A stretch of DNA of 64,000 nucleotides from Octopus sinensis (lineage: Eukaryota), in the NCBI RefSeq assembly GCF_006345805.1, contig NC_043008.1, positions 39,804,001 to 39,868,000 on the forward strand. The letters are read 5' to 3'. This document shows, piece by piece, positions 38,958-53,226 of this stretch; within the stretch, counting starts at the first letter, position 1; every line of letters starts with the position of its first letter. The notes beneath the pieces are model-generated. The model made no database searches. It worked only from the letters and a program-made list of their open reading frames with translations, and had not been told where the DNA came from. The position numbers and the translations under genes were made by a program.

Positions 38958-39599
38958 AGTAGTAGTGATAAAGAATTAAAAGTAACACGCTATTTATGAC
39001 AGATTTTCCGTCGGTTTGGATGACGATGCACATTAAGTTGGTCAATCAACGGAACGTCCGACTCGCTGATTGAACATGTAAGCGGCTGCGTATTCCATAA
39101 GTGCGTGTAACCTGAAGAGAATTCCCAAGCATACTCTGGATGGTCCATCATTTGTGAAGGCTGCGCCTTTGGATGACAGTTAAAAATCAACCAGATGTGC
39201 ATCCGACGTAATTTCAATTTACGTATTAGTTATCTGAAGGCCTGACTAATCCAAAGAATTCTAAAGATAAATCCTCATGATTTCACGCTGTAGGGTCGAA
39301 ATCAGGGTTTCTAAACCTTGCCTGCGTATCCTCAACCACAACATTAACTCAGGTACGATGCATGTTAAGGTTAAGTAGACAATAATATCATTAGCAACAG
39401 TATCAACATTACAAAGACCAATCATTTCCACTGGTAACTGCCGCATCACAAAGTACTAACAATTAAGTATACGAAAGTATACTGCAGCCAACTACGACAC
39501 CATATGCTCCACTTCAGCTAAAGCACCAATACTAGTAGAAAACTTGATGATGACAATGACGACGACGATGATGATGGTCTTCGACGTGGTTGAACAACA

Positions 39600-39795
39600 A
39601 ATCTAAACCAGTCGGGATTCATATTGCAAGTCGCCCTATTCCGTCTCACCCTTGTACAACAAGCCATCACCAAGTCACCTATTTACTGCTGAGTGAAATT
39701 TAGTGTTTCTACTCACGCATCCAACGCACAACCGGTATGTGATTCGAAACCACGACCTCACGTTCATGAATGCAACACCTTAATCACATGATCAT
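39600..39795 (-). mobile_element. Old tRNA-derived SINE remnant
   Basis: The minus strand reads GTGATTAAGGTGTTGCATTCATGAACGTGAGGTCGTGGTTTCGAATC, resembling the family A head. Confidence 0.5.
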
Positions 39796-39989
39796 CTTCC
39801 TTTACGATATTTATTCAGGCCCACCATTTTCACACCAAACACTAATATATCCAGTAATCGTGTAGTAGAAAGAGTACTGTACTATTTTATATATTATTTT
39901 TATATTTTTATAATAATATTTTTATAATAAATTTTATAATTTGCATATATTTGTTTTAAGTGCCAAACAATACCATGGAGGAATCGACG

Positions 39990-40060
39990 TAAGCCTAAAT
40001 AATAAACCGCGATAGGTGAACCGTGATAGGTGAATCGCGATATAGCGAGGGATTACTGTA
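39990..40060. mobile_element. pogo/Tigger-type DNA transposon terminus
   Basis: Ends CGCGATATAGCGAGGGATTACTG+TA, with a subterminal 14-bp unit repeated about three times (ACCGCGATAGGTGA). Confidence 0.55.
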
Positions 40061-40199
40061 CTCTCTAATCGTGCATATGAACTAAATGATACTAAACAAT
40101 AACAAGAAAATCAACAGCGACAATTATAACAAAGCTAATTAAGATCACCTGCTCGCACACCTATCACCCACTTCTTAAACTTAGTAAAATACAATCTCC

Positions 40200-41515
40200 T
40201 GAGGCAAAACCACCACCACCACCACCACATCCCAACTACCACCATACCACCACCACCACCACCACCACCAAAAACAACAACAACAGCAACAACAACGACA
40301 ATGATCATACCCTTAGTACTGCGACTACAATCGTTAATAAGATTACAGCATCAACTAAAACTAAATAGATCTACATCACATACAAGTTGTAGTAGTAGTA
40401 GTACAGCTGCTGCCACTACTACTATTACTACTACTACTACTACTACTACTACCATTACTTCTACTACAACTAGTACTACCACTCATATTACTACTGCTAC
40501 TACTACTACTACTACTACTACTATACTACTACTACTACTACTACTCTACTACTACTACTATAATTAGTACTACAGGCAATGCTCTATTTTATCGAAAATA
40601 ATTTAGTTAAGTTTTTCTGTCGCTCAGTTTCTGTCTCTCTCTCCCTCTCTTTTTCACTCACTCTTTCTTCCACTCTCTCTTCCACCTTTCCTGCTCTCTC
40701 CCCCTCACACACACTAGCCCTCTCTCTATTTCATCACTTTCAAACACACCATAGAATCTACGTCATGAGCAACTGCTCTCTCTAGCAATAGTATTTATTG
40801 CCACAAATTTTGAACTCACCGTCACTATCCTCCTCCTCCCCTCTCTCTTCCTCCCCTTCCTCTTCCTCCTCCTCCTCCTCATCATCTCTACTGCTGACAA
40901 CGCCATCCACATTATTAACAGCAACATCATTACCCCTAACACAAACAAAATGATCCCCATCACCATCATCATCATCATCATCGTCATCGTCGTCGTCGTC
41001 ATCATCATCACCAAAGCCACCGACACAACCAACAACATCATTGTGGGTATCATCATTATCACGTATTATCATCTTTTATCCTCGTCACCACTTCCAACAC
41101 CTGCACTATCATCACTGCCCTCACCATCCTCACCCTCACCATCCTCACCCTCACCATTCTCACCCTCTCATTCTCTCTCCTTCCCACCATCATCAACACC
41201 ATTAACACGACCATCAATATCGTCATTATCATCATCATCATCATCAACATCATCATGATCCTAATCATTATTGTCACCATCACAACTATCACCACCATCA
41301 CCTCTGTGATCAAAATCTTCGTCATCATCATCATCATCGTCATCATCATCATCATCATCATCATCAGGAACATCAACATCATCATAACCGTCATCATCAT
41401 AGATGTCGTCACCATCCTTATCTACAACTGCCAAGCTGAATACACAGATTGAACTTCCAAAAACCATTGTCATTTCATCTTATACGCTTCACTTCTTCAA
41501 TGACAAATCTTTTCT

Positions 41516-41572
<57 letters not shown>

Positions 41573-41631
41573 ATTATATATATCTATCTGTCTGTCTCTG
41601 TCTCTCTGTATCTGCCTCTCTCTCTCTCTCT

Positions 41632-41725
<94 letters not shown>

Positions 41726-41837
41726 CCTTTGTCAGGCTGACTGGCTATGCAAGTAAGTATGTTATTTATGTAGGTATGCATCTCTCTCTTTCTCTCTCTT
41801 TCTATATATATATATATACCACACACATACACATGTA

Positions 41838-41882
<45 letters not shown>

Positions 41883-41900
41883 TATATACATATATATATA

Positions 41901-41939
<39 letters not shown>

Positions 41940-42069
41940 TATAGAGAGAGAGAGAGAGAGAGAGAACCTTTGTCAGGCTGACTGGCTATGTATGTATGTA
42001 TATATGTATGTATGTATGCATCTCTCTCTTTCTCTCTTGCTCTCTCTCTCTCTCTACACACACACGTAT

Positions 42070-42114
<45 letters not shown>

Positions 42115-42120
42115 GTATGT
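40200..42120. repeat. ~1.9-kb mosaic of (CCA), (CAA), (CTA), (CCT), (CAT), (TATC), (TC), (TA) and (GA) microsatellites
   Basis: Directly visible. It accounts for the poly-T/D/I/M ORFs. Confidence 0.95.
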
Positions 42121-43145
42121 ACACATACCTCTATCGTAAAAACACATATTCACACACTCACATATATCTGATTATAAAGAATAGAAACAGAGGACCGACT
42201 TTTATCTGCGAAATATGAACCCTTTTATTTATCTACCTTTTTATTCATTCCTATTTATTTTATTTACTTATTTATATATTTATATATTTATATATTTACT
42301 ATACGAGCTTCTTCATGACAGTTGATGCTCGTACTTACATTAGCGTGTCAACCATTTTCAGTTGAAATCTACTCATATGCTATGAATATGATTCTCTGTC
42401 AGAATGTATATCATAATTGTTTTGATGTTTTTTAGCGTTGCTTTTTATTTTTATTTGTGGTTCGTTCCATCTTGTTCGCCATTTCAATTTTTCTTTAGGT
42501 GCCGGCGTGTATTTTTCTATTAATTTTCTTTTCTTTTATATTTCAAAAGTTATCTTTCTCTTCTCTTTTATTCACCCTATCATACCTGTCCTGTTTTAAC
42601 TACTGTCAACGTTTTATTCATTGATTTTTTTTCCTTCAGTTTCATATATTTATGTTTTTAGATTATGGAGAAGAAATATTCCTGTATTTCTAACCATGTC
42701 ACTTATGTAGTTGTAACAGAACGATAATCAAAATATAGCATAATCTATTTGGAAAGGGGTTATTCACATGTAGACCCAGAGATATGACCGATCGATCGAT
42801 AAATACAGAGATGTATTATTTTTATGAGCAGTGAGACTTGCTTAAGATTTAAACCATGTTATTATTTCCATAACTTGAAATAGACGACATTAAAAGGAAA
42901 ATGAACAACTTGAGTTAAAATGCTATTCCACGTTCAAAAAAATTCGAAAGTAATGCAACAAATTAGATATTCTATCGAGAATCGAAACTGAACTCGACTA
43001 AGTAGATTTCATGTATCGGATTACAAGTGTTGGGTATGTATATTATAATGTTTATAATGTAATATAGAGGGTTTTTATGTAAAAATTACACAATTCTGCC
43101 AATTGAAAAACATGTTTATGTTTGTATTAAAGGTAGTAGATTTAA

Positions 43146-43365
43146 CCCTTTAGTGTTTAAACCGGCCATATCAGGCCCAAATATTCTACATGTTTTATAT
43201 TCAAACTGGCCAGATCCAGCCTCTCACACCTCACCTACATTGACATTCCAAAAATAAACAATCACATCATTGAAACCTCAAAGCTATAAAATAATGCATG
43301 ATTAATTCAAAACAATTTGAGTGAAAAAGTATTACATTTAACAGAGTAATCTGAACACTAAAGGG
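43146..43365. mobile_element. piggyBac-type MITE, 220 bp
   Basis: TTAA TSD at 43142-43145 and 43366-43369; perfect 12-bp TIR CCCTTTAGTGTT/AACACTAAAGGG. Confidence 0.9.
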
Positions 43366-43932
43366 TTAATGCGATGTCATCCAATGCTCACAATAACACG
43401 ATAAAAAGTGGGCAACAAAATACACTGAAGGAGAAAACTAACTGAATGAAATCGAGCGTATTTGGCCCAAATTATATTCCAAGAGAACATTAAAAAATAA
43501 AGAAAAATCATGACATGCAAGTAATTGATGATAAGATTTCAAAATCGCCTGATTCAACACCTTCACAAAGTTATTGGACAACAAATACGAAGTCCAGCTG
43601 GTTTATATATTGTAAGTTGTTCTATGAGTAGAGGACAATATATAACATATGGTTTCTGCAAACTTTAGTTTCGGCATCGCTCGAAAATTTGAAAGATATA
43701 TAGCTATTGTTCTCCTGTCACTGACTAATCCATTGATGAATAAAAACCTGGACAATAACACATAATCTCTAACACGAAACGAATGAGGGGGATTCAAATG
43801 CTGAACCTCCACGTCGCTCTCTTTCTCCTTTCTCTCTCTCTCTCTCTCGTTCTCTTTCTCGCTGTCTTTCTTGCTCTCTTTCTCCCAGTTTCTCTCTGTG
43901 TTTAAATATATATATATATTATAATATATATA

Positions 43933-43977
<45 letters not shown>

Positions 43978-43997
43978 TATTATATAGAAGGAGCTTC

Positions 43998-44070
43998 TAC
44001 AGGACTAGAACTGTTTCATTCAAGAGAAATCTTCAAGATTTCTCTTGAATGAAACAGTTCTAGTCCTGTA
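43998..44070. repeat. Perfect palindrome: 36-bp arms with a 1-nt centre
   Basis: TACAGGACTAGAACTGTTTCATTCAAGAGAAATCTT-C-AAGATTTCTCTTGAATGAAACAGTTCTAGTCCTGTA. Confidence 0.97.
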
Positions 44071-44162
44071 TATAATTTTACTCTGCTATGTATTGAGTAC
44101 CTTATTTACTGTGGTTAACCCCGAATCAACCCGGGACCTACATATATATATATATATATATA

Positions 44163-44223
<61 letters not shown>

Positions 44224-44515
44224 ATATAGGTTTTGGCGTAGCCACAGATGAGACTTTGCCTAGCAAATTATTTTATTTGCTAACTAGTGTTCGAAACCTC
44301 CGTATGGCAGTAAAATCAAGGTAAAAGTTTTTATTTTTCATTTCCTTCGAAATTGCTCTGAAATGTGGATTTTTGACGTTCTGACTACTCCTTCTAGCAT
44401 GTAAGGCTGCTTGTTAAGTATCACTTATTTGTTTTTGAATGTACACTAATTTTATATGGAGAATATGAATGTGCATGTATATATATAAATATATATATAT
44501 ATAACTTGTCCAATT

Positions 44516-44678
44516 ATACGCAGCTGTGACTGTATGGCGAGAGGTTCCTTCCCCAATCACGTTATTCTGGGTTCAGTCCCAATGCGTGGAACCTCGGGCA
44601 AGTGTCTTCTACTATAGCACTAAGGTGACCAAAGCTGTGTGAGTAAATTTGGTAGGAGGTAACCGAAAGAATCCCATC

Positions 44679-44713
<35 letters not shown>

Positions 44714-44945
44714 TGTATATGTATGCGTGTATGCCTTTGTTTTGTGTTTGTCCACATCACCATCCGTGTCGGTATATTGGCGGCCTTGAAACTTACCAGT
44801 TGGGCAAAAGGACCGATAGAATAAGTTCCCGGCTTCAGGAAGAAAGGTACTGGGTGTCGATTCATTCGAATAAAATTTTTTTAAGGCACAGACCCAGCAA
44901 GGCCGCAGTTTAATGACTTGTAACAAATAAATTATAAAAGAGAAA
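44516..44945 (+). mobile_element. SINE family B, diverged full-length copy
   Basis: GGGTTCAGTCCCAATGCGTGGAACCTCGGGCAAGTGTCTTCTACTATAGC, internal (TA)n, tail GACCGATAGAATAAG..GGCCGCAGTTTAATGAC. Confidence 0.85.
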
Positions 44946-46479
44946 ATATAATAGAAGTGAAATGAAAATGGATATATTCCATTTGTCGACAATATTTGTC
45001 AGTTACATAAACGTCGGTTACGTAGTTTGGTGTTGACCTGGATTCCTCATTTCGTCATTTTTTATAGATAATTTCCACCATTGCGATGCCTGGACTTGCA
45101 GTAGATTTATATTTGCGACTAATATATTTTATATAAATGACGAAAGCAACAAGTTGTACATGCTAATTCTCCATTTATATGTATTTAATACATGTACATG
45201 TATATGCGTATGTAAATACACACACACACACATACACATACACACACACAAACGTGGACATGTACACATACATATCTGAATGTTAAGTCCTGGCTTTGGA
45301 AATATGAAAAAATGTCATACCATTGGCCTCACCAGAATAGTAAGGAAAGAAATAGGAAGAAAAGTGTTAAGCTTGTTTTTACATTAGCTCAGACACTGGT
45401 TTACATAACTACAAAAATATAACGCCTTAAGTACATATGAACTTTAATATCGTACCATATAAAGCATGCGTAGGCTTCTACAGGTCAATATTAAGCGCAA
45501 TTGCTTTGAGGTATGTTCACCCGATGGATTGATTGGAAGTACGCGTGGGTCTCTGATAAACGTGCGGGATTTGCAACACTGTTTTCGATATATACAGGGA
45601 ATTTTTGAAATGTTTAAAAATATCTTATTAAAGCGTGACGCTCTCTCACGCTCTCTTTGTAAACGATTCAAATACTGAATGATGCGACCCAAAAACTTAT
45701 GGCTTTTAACAATTTCAACATATCTACAAAATTGGTGAAACGTGTAAAATATAGATTATGTAAAGGTGAAAGTGGTCGAATAAATTTAACTAGGAAGAAC
45801 ATGATTGAAGCAGTTAATATTATTATCATCGATAAGGTAGTGTAAAACATGTTAAGAGCTCCAAGAAATACATGCAGAAAATAAATGATAAAAAGAAGAC
45901 TAAATATAGGGAGTCATTGTAGAAAAGAGGAATGTTAGAGAATATAGTGGAGGGGAGAAGTGACAACGAAGTGTATTGAACTAGAAGGAAAGCACGATCT
46001 AAGGAAAATGTCTTAAATTGGTTATAAGGAAAATAAAAATATTAGAGTTATACGATATGAACAAATAAGGTAGTATAGGTAACTCTTATATTCAGTACAA
46101 ATAGGTAAATCATTAGAATACAAATTTAGATGGTGACATTAGATACAGTGGGTCGGAGACAGGAAAAGTAGTATGATGTAAAAAAAAACTAAATCGAAAG
46201 AATAATCAAATCTGGTAAAAGCCATTAGAAAAAGTCAAGTGATGTTGCTACTGAGAAAACGTTGGATAGTAGCTAGTTTCCTAGAGCCAGAAATAGAAAA
46301 CTCCAAGTAGTGATGAAGGTAGTGAAAGTTACTACATTAAGAATTAGTGGAAAATAATTGCTCTACAGCTACTTAACTGCCTAAATGATATTGCATTTGA
46401 CGCCCGTGGTTGACTAGGCAAACCCATTTTAATTTTTGACATACCTGACAAAACGAAATATAGTAAGTTCTGCTTACTA

Positions 46480-47450
46480 TTGTACATTTCACATATGTAG
46501 AAATTACAGAGCAGGAACTTTCCGAAAATACGTATTCCTTCTTTGAAAACGAACAAATACTAGTAAGTGAAGACGATGGTTTTAAAAGGAACAAAAATCA
46601 ACAGAATGACAATAAATAGGTTACTGATTGGCAAAGCAAGGCTAAAAGATACTATAATATAACAATGAGGTGTTAGCGTATATGTATCACACAAATGTGT
46701 ATGATTGGATATGGTACCACTACGTAGTTGGGAATGTAATGCCCGAACCTGTTAGTTTTAGACTAATAGCGAATTTTATCTGTAGTATAACACACGCCTG
46801 AATACTGAATTGTCAAACATGAAGACAGCCACAAGGACGAATTCACATTCATTGAAATACTTTTGAAGAAAGTATTCCTTGAACTTTATTGTTTTCAATG
46901 TGCGTGACATCAGTAATGGCGTTATGGTGAAAGATAGGGTTTGGGTATGAATTGGGAACGAAACAATTTAAATTCAAGCATCTTTTGTATATGGACGAGT
47001 ATAAAGTATTCTTAAATTTAAAGAGTTAAAGCCAGGAGGACGATTTAGTAAAAACTGCTCATTTATTTAGAGAAATATCGGAATTGAATTTGTGATAAAA
47101 AGGTTTAAAATGCTTATGATTAAAATGGAAACAGAGAAAGTAGTTTTGGCACGTAGGATATTGTTCCTTGAGTGAAAGTAGTGACGGAGATTGAGAAGGA
47201 AAGGTACAATTATATAGGACTACAATAATTAAAATGGATAAATTATCTGAAAAAGGATAATATAGAAGATTCAATATAGTATTAAATACAAAGTTGGTTG
47301 CATGAATAAAGCCTTTGGCATTAAATTCACAAATGAAGTCAATAATGATATGTGAAAAAAAAGATACGCCCATAGAATGAGGAAGAACATTAGAAGTTTA
47401 ACCTTTATTATCCCAAGGACAGAATTAATCTATCAAACATTATGAACACT
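46480..47450 (+). mobile_element. Ancient R4/Dong-type reverse transcriptase remnant
   Basis: GFGYELGTKQFKFKHLLYMDEYKVF (YMDE at 46988-46999; compare the R4 pattern HLLYMDDLKL), NIGIEF (compare DIGMEFG) and EIEKERYNYIG (compare YKYLG). Many stops and frameshifts. Confidence 0.65.
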
Positions 47451-47949
47451 ACTTTGTTTTTCTCAAACTTAGGTATTGGTGAAACTTCAAGTTCATTCAA
47501 TTAAAGGGTCCCCGTTTTCTCGAAGTGGCCACATCTGTAGATATTGCAATGATGCGGGATAAAAGAATCGGAATGTTTGAAGAAAGTGTGTAACTGAACA
47601 AATGTATTGCTATTACTCCATTACATGAGAAAACTACATGTTTATAGAATAGTGTTGGCAGAAAAGGACAATTCTTTTCGTGCTTCGGGGTACTTATGCT
47701 GGGGAAATACTCCTATAAATACTCGCATGTTTTTTGTTGCAAATTACACGCATAATTCGAAAGCTCATTCTGCAAATATCACATTTTTTCACAGGCATGT
47801 AATTACATTGAGGTCATCACCATCGAGCTGTATTTCGTCTGGGACTCATCATGAAGGTCCACATCTATAACATGCTGGAATAGAAGGGATGTAACGCAAT
47901 ACACAAAAACCATTGCAAGCTACATTATTATTTCCTGACAAAATATTCT

Positions 47950-48600
47950 TTTTTATTCTAATCAGTGTATGCTTCAATATTCTAGTGATTTTTAAACAAT
48001 TTGAGAGACTGTGTAACTATCCCAAAGGTTATTCCGTTTGTATGCAAATTCTAATACTACTTTTTGTCTTGTATTCAGATAGTCAGATAAAGCTTTGTTT
48101 GCAAGGTGTACTTATCGCAAACCTTCAAATCATCCGGCTGCGGTACATTCACCAGACCGGTTTGCTAATAACAATCGTTTTTCCTTCACCTAAGATGAGG
48201 TAACCTCTGAATTAGCATTACAATGAACTATTTCAATGGAGTTAATGGGGTGGTGAGCAATTGATACTCTGGATACCCTGGGTAACTTTTTCGTACTATT
48301 GATGCCTAGCAATGTAAAACTAGCAACACAATTTGCTCTAACAGAACAGTCGGCATAAATTCAAGGTTCTTCAAATCAAACAACGATTTCTATGAGCTGA
48401 AGAAATTATCAAAAGATAAATGGTGTTGACTTGGATCACTGTTGGAACTGAAGCAGTGGTAGGGAAAGACTTCTTACTATCAGAAAAAAAAAATCAAATC
48501 ATTACTTGGGAAACGGATTGAAATTCAAATAAAGGACGAAAAATCGATTATTAGGAACGCCAAATATCCTAAAGGAGCGCATGATAAAAGAATCACAAAT
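47950..48600 (-). mobile_element. Highly decayed piggyBac-like transposase
   Basis: HHLSFDNFFSS*KSLFDLKNL..SVRAN..KKLPR and VHLANKALSDY resemble the piggyBac motifs H.YFDNFFTS..L..L..GTVR.NR and GGVD..DQ..Y. It may extend to ~49050 across an (AAT)n insertion. Confidence 0.5.
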
Positions 48601-48700
48601 GGCCACACGTTGGTGGTTTCAACTCGCAATTTCGGTCTAAAAAAATTACATGATCAAATCGATAATAATAATCCTTTCTATTCTAGGCACAAGGTCTATC

Positions 48701-48780
<80 letters not shown>

Positions 48781-50881
48781 CAACAACAACACATTATTCT
48801 CTAATTTTGACACACGGTCAAATATTTGGATCGGATGAGGACAATCGAAGTTTTGGCATATTGTCTGTTGTGCTCACCGAGGAGTAAAGAGCTATGAGCA
48901 TCTGAGAACATTCTAGATGTCTGGTGTCATTCCTCGAATTGGAATATCACTTCCATCAAAGAGACGAACTCCAGAAAAACACGGTAGAGAAAGGTTGATC
49001 CCATCATCTGTTAACACTGATGTGCCGTAGCCTGAAGTCAATGCCATACATTATATGCAAATGAATCTAAAAACATATTATAGGGTTGTTTTAATGAACA
49101 GAATTTAATATCATAAAAAGCCATGATTAACATTGTGATACCGAATGTAAGCTGTAACTATGAGTAAAACTTTGTCTTGTAAACTAAAGACTATACAATA
49201 CAACTACAAAAACGGTTTTCCTCAGCAAGATCCTTTTACGGACATCGTAACGTCAGACTGCCATCTTTAATAAGATTAGTTTCAAAACAAACTTCCAATT
49301 TTTAATGATTTAAGAGGCATTTTCTAGAACAATACTCTGTGTAAATCCCAAAATATGGCACCCTAGTCATAACACATATTTGAACTTCTAACGTATTGTC
49401 ATTTGAGGTCTCTGGGTGAAGCTTGGAATCAATTTGTACAAATACCGAGCAAAAGCCAAACATATAATAATGACAGCTGCAACAGCAACAGCAGTAGTAG
49501 TAGTAGCAGTGGTAGTATGTATATATATATATATATACAGACACACGCACATGCATATGCGCGCACACAGGCATATACACACACACACACACACGCATAT
49601 GTATAGATATATATCTGTTGTATATACACACGCTCACTCACCCATTCAATACATTCACACTAACATAGAATGAAAGAAAGATAGAAAGATTGAAATATAG
49701 AAAGAAAGAACGAAAGAAAGAAAGAAAGTAAGGAGGAAAGAAAGGAAGGAAGAGAGAGAGAGAGAGGTAGCATGTGAGACATAACTGGATTCTTTGACAC
49801 GATAATTTTCGCTGTGATAATCTATCCTAACTGCTCTTCCTACAATTGATGTAGAAGTGAAAAGTTTCAGCATTAAGTCTATAAAATTTTATTTTGCTTT
49901 CGATCGAACCTACCAAGCATTTTATACACCAGAGCGATTGTAAATCCACGGAGCTCACACCGGCATTCGAATCCATCACATTGATTGCTGTACGCTATTG
50001 ATTTACATTCGCAAAGCACGTTGAGAAAAGAAAGAGCATTTCTTTAGCACCACATAGTATTTTTCAGTGGCTGGATATAATCACCTGCATTATTCTAATA
50101 ATTTGACGGCTCGTAAATGTCGAACGAACATAGCAAGGTCATCTGACCGGTCATTTGGCATACTAGAGTTAGCAGCCAAGTTGAACTAAAATTGCATTTA
50201 AGCATTTTAGAGGAAAACAGAACACTGGAGGCATTTCCATAGCACACTAGTTGTTCAGATTTCAAGGTGTTGGATTAAACATGAAATTAAGTTACATTAA
50301 ATATATTTCACATGTCAGTGATACTCGCAGTACCTTTGTACGAGTTAGTTCGGCAAGTATGAAATATGTGCCATATGTGACCCACAAAATAGTGTATGTT
50401 AGAATTAATCATAAAATTAATCACAGCTCAGTAGAATCAAGGTTAGCTTAGTGTTGAACAGCAAAAAATTCAGATATGTTAATAAGTTGAAAGAGATGTA
50501 TAAATTTGCTGTATTTCTTTTAAATCAATCCTTGTTTTTCTGTGTTTCAAAATGCATGTCGGTTTACGAAATTTCTTGTGTGTCTACCCAAAGCAGTTCG
50601 TATTACGTAAAACTAGATATTTTGAGCGATTGTGCTAAACTTCTATGAATAACTTTGAATCTTGCTTTCCAACATGTCTCCTTAATAAGTTGTCAGGTTA
50701 CAAAGAATAGAAGTAGAAAGACTGTTAGAACAAAATTTAATTTTTCTTAACCGCAGTTCCAGAAAATAATATGAATGACATTCAATGTGACGGTATGATA
50801 CATTTCAAAGAAATGGAAACAAAAAGTATTGAGCATATACGATTACACGCACGCAGACACACACACACACACAACACACAC

Positions 50882-50925
<44 letters not shown>

Positions 50926-51630
50926 CACACACACACATTCACATACAAATAAATGTATAAACCTATAGATACGAAACTTTATGTTCGCGTGTTTCGGCGT
51001 GTGTCTATGCTGATGTATGTGTGTGGGTATTTGTAAGTGTTGGTGCATGTATATATATATATGTATATATATATTTATATATATATATAAATATATATAT
51101 ATGGTGTATATGTGTGTATGTATGTATGTATGATTGTATGTATGAATGTATATACAAAATCTTAACATGTCGAAAAGCCGAACAGACAACCACTACAAGT
51201 ACAAGAACAAAAATATTATCAAGCACAATGTAATCATCAGCAACAACAACAATACAACAAGCATGAATAGAAACAAGAAATACAACAATGGAAGCCAAAT
51301 CGGCAAGTCAGGAAGACTATAATGACAGTATCGCAGTAAGTATACAAAATGGCGGATGTAAGCAAAATAATATTGAACAATGACATAAGTCACAGCTGAA
51401 TCTGACGCTTATTCCATTTAGCTATGACTTGAAAATTCTTATCTATTTTCATTTGAGATTATAATCAATACCAACATGATCACCAGAACAAGTGTGACAC
51501 GTATATACACAAAGATATGACTATACGTACAAAATGGTTATGTGTTCAAACAAATAATATACAAGTCCACATCAATATATAACTGTGTAGCTTACATAGA
51601 ATTATATGTATATACAAATACATCTATCAA

Positions 51631-51685
<55 letters not shown>

Positions 51686-51750
51686 ATGTGTGTGTATGCA
51701 TGCATGCAAGTATATATGTTTGCTTGTATGTATGTATATATATATATATA

Positions 51751-51804
<54 letters not shown>

Positions 51805-51918
51805 ATATTATATATATATATATATATTATATATATATATATATAAATGTATATATCTATATCTATATATATCTGTCTATCTATCCATCTATCTATCTAT
51901 CTATATATATATATATAT

Positions 51919-51957
<39 letters not shown>

Positions 51958-52720
51958 CCCATACGGAGAGAGAGTGAGAGGGTGAGATTACTTACAGAAT
52001 TTAATTGGAGCCAAAGTGCGACGGCACGCAGGACGCCAGGACCAGCTAAGTACCATGCATTAAGATAAACAATGAAATATCATGTGTTGGTAGTATAGTG
52101 CAGGTATTGAGATATTGAAGTACCAAATCCGATTTAAGTCACAAATCCAGAAGAGGTTTGTTTCAAGGTGCGCGTAGCAATAAAAGGAACAAAAAAGGAA
52201 CACATAATATTTACAACAACTGTTTTAGTAGAAGTTTTTTTTTTATGTATTCATAGGTCACATTATGGCATAGTTCCGCCATCTATTAGCTGTGATTCAC
52301 TATCCTCGTAGTGAGGAATACGGTCCCGAAGATTAGGTCCGGTTTCTGAGCCATTCTTGGCTTCATCATTCGTTTTCGGTATGAATTTACACTTCCATCT
52401 ACACTTTTAAATTTATCTTTCCTGCTTCCTGCCAATATTTTCCTGACAACAATGTCTGAAGGACCCACAACGTAATAGTAGCACACTCTTGATGCAAGCC
52501 TGATAAAGCGCCTCTCCAGTGTCTAAAAACGCAAATATTACTTCTTTTTTCATTTAGAATTTTCGCGCAAACTGGCGTTGCAAAACATTCGTAACTTACA
52601 ATTAAAGATGTATTAAACAATTTTCTTTGTCTTCTTCATTTATATATATATATATTATATATATATATATATATATATTATATTATATTTATTTATTATT
52701 ATTATTATTATTATATTATA

Positions 52721-52757
<37 letters not shown>

Positions 52758-52773
52758 TATTATTATTATTTTA

Positions 52774-52850
<77 letters not shown>

Positions 52851-52922
52851 CGCGTGTATATGTTTCATTTTTGTATTTGTTTTGCAAGATTCTTTATGTG
52901 AGTTCGTGTGTTGAAGCATATT

Positions 52923-53189
52923 CTGTTTTGTCGGAGGAGAGTGATTTTTTTTGTGCCTTATAATTTAACACACTTCCCGGTAAATTTTCAACTTATCCTT
53001 TATTTTTATTTTCCTAAAATTCTCGTTGCGTCTTGCAACATTTTCAATAAGAGCCAAGACTATTGAAAAGGTTGCAAGACGCAACGAAAATTTTAGGAAG
53101 ATGAAAGTAAGGAATAAGTGGAAAATTTACCGGTGAGTGTGTTAAGTTATAAGGCACAAAAAGAAAATGACTCTCCCCAGACACAACAG
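52923..53189. mobile_element. Fold-back MITE: ~127-bp arms with an 11-nt loop
   Basis: 52923-53049 is the imperfect reverse complement of 53061-53189. The ends are CTGTT../..AACAG, followed by TA. Confidence 0.9.

Positions 53190-53226
<37 letters not shown>

Noticed and set aside
52270-52620. ALYQACIKSVLL, resembling a LINE RT C-terminal motif on the minus strand
   Set aside because: It is a single weak motif with no supporting neighbours.
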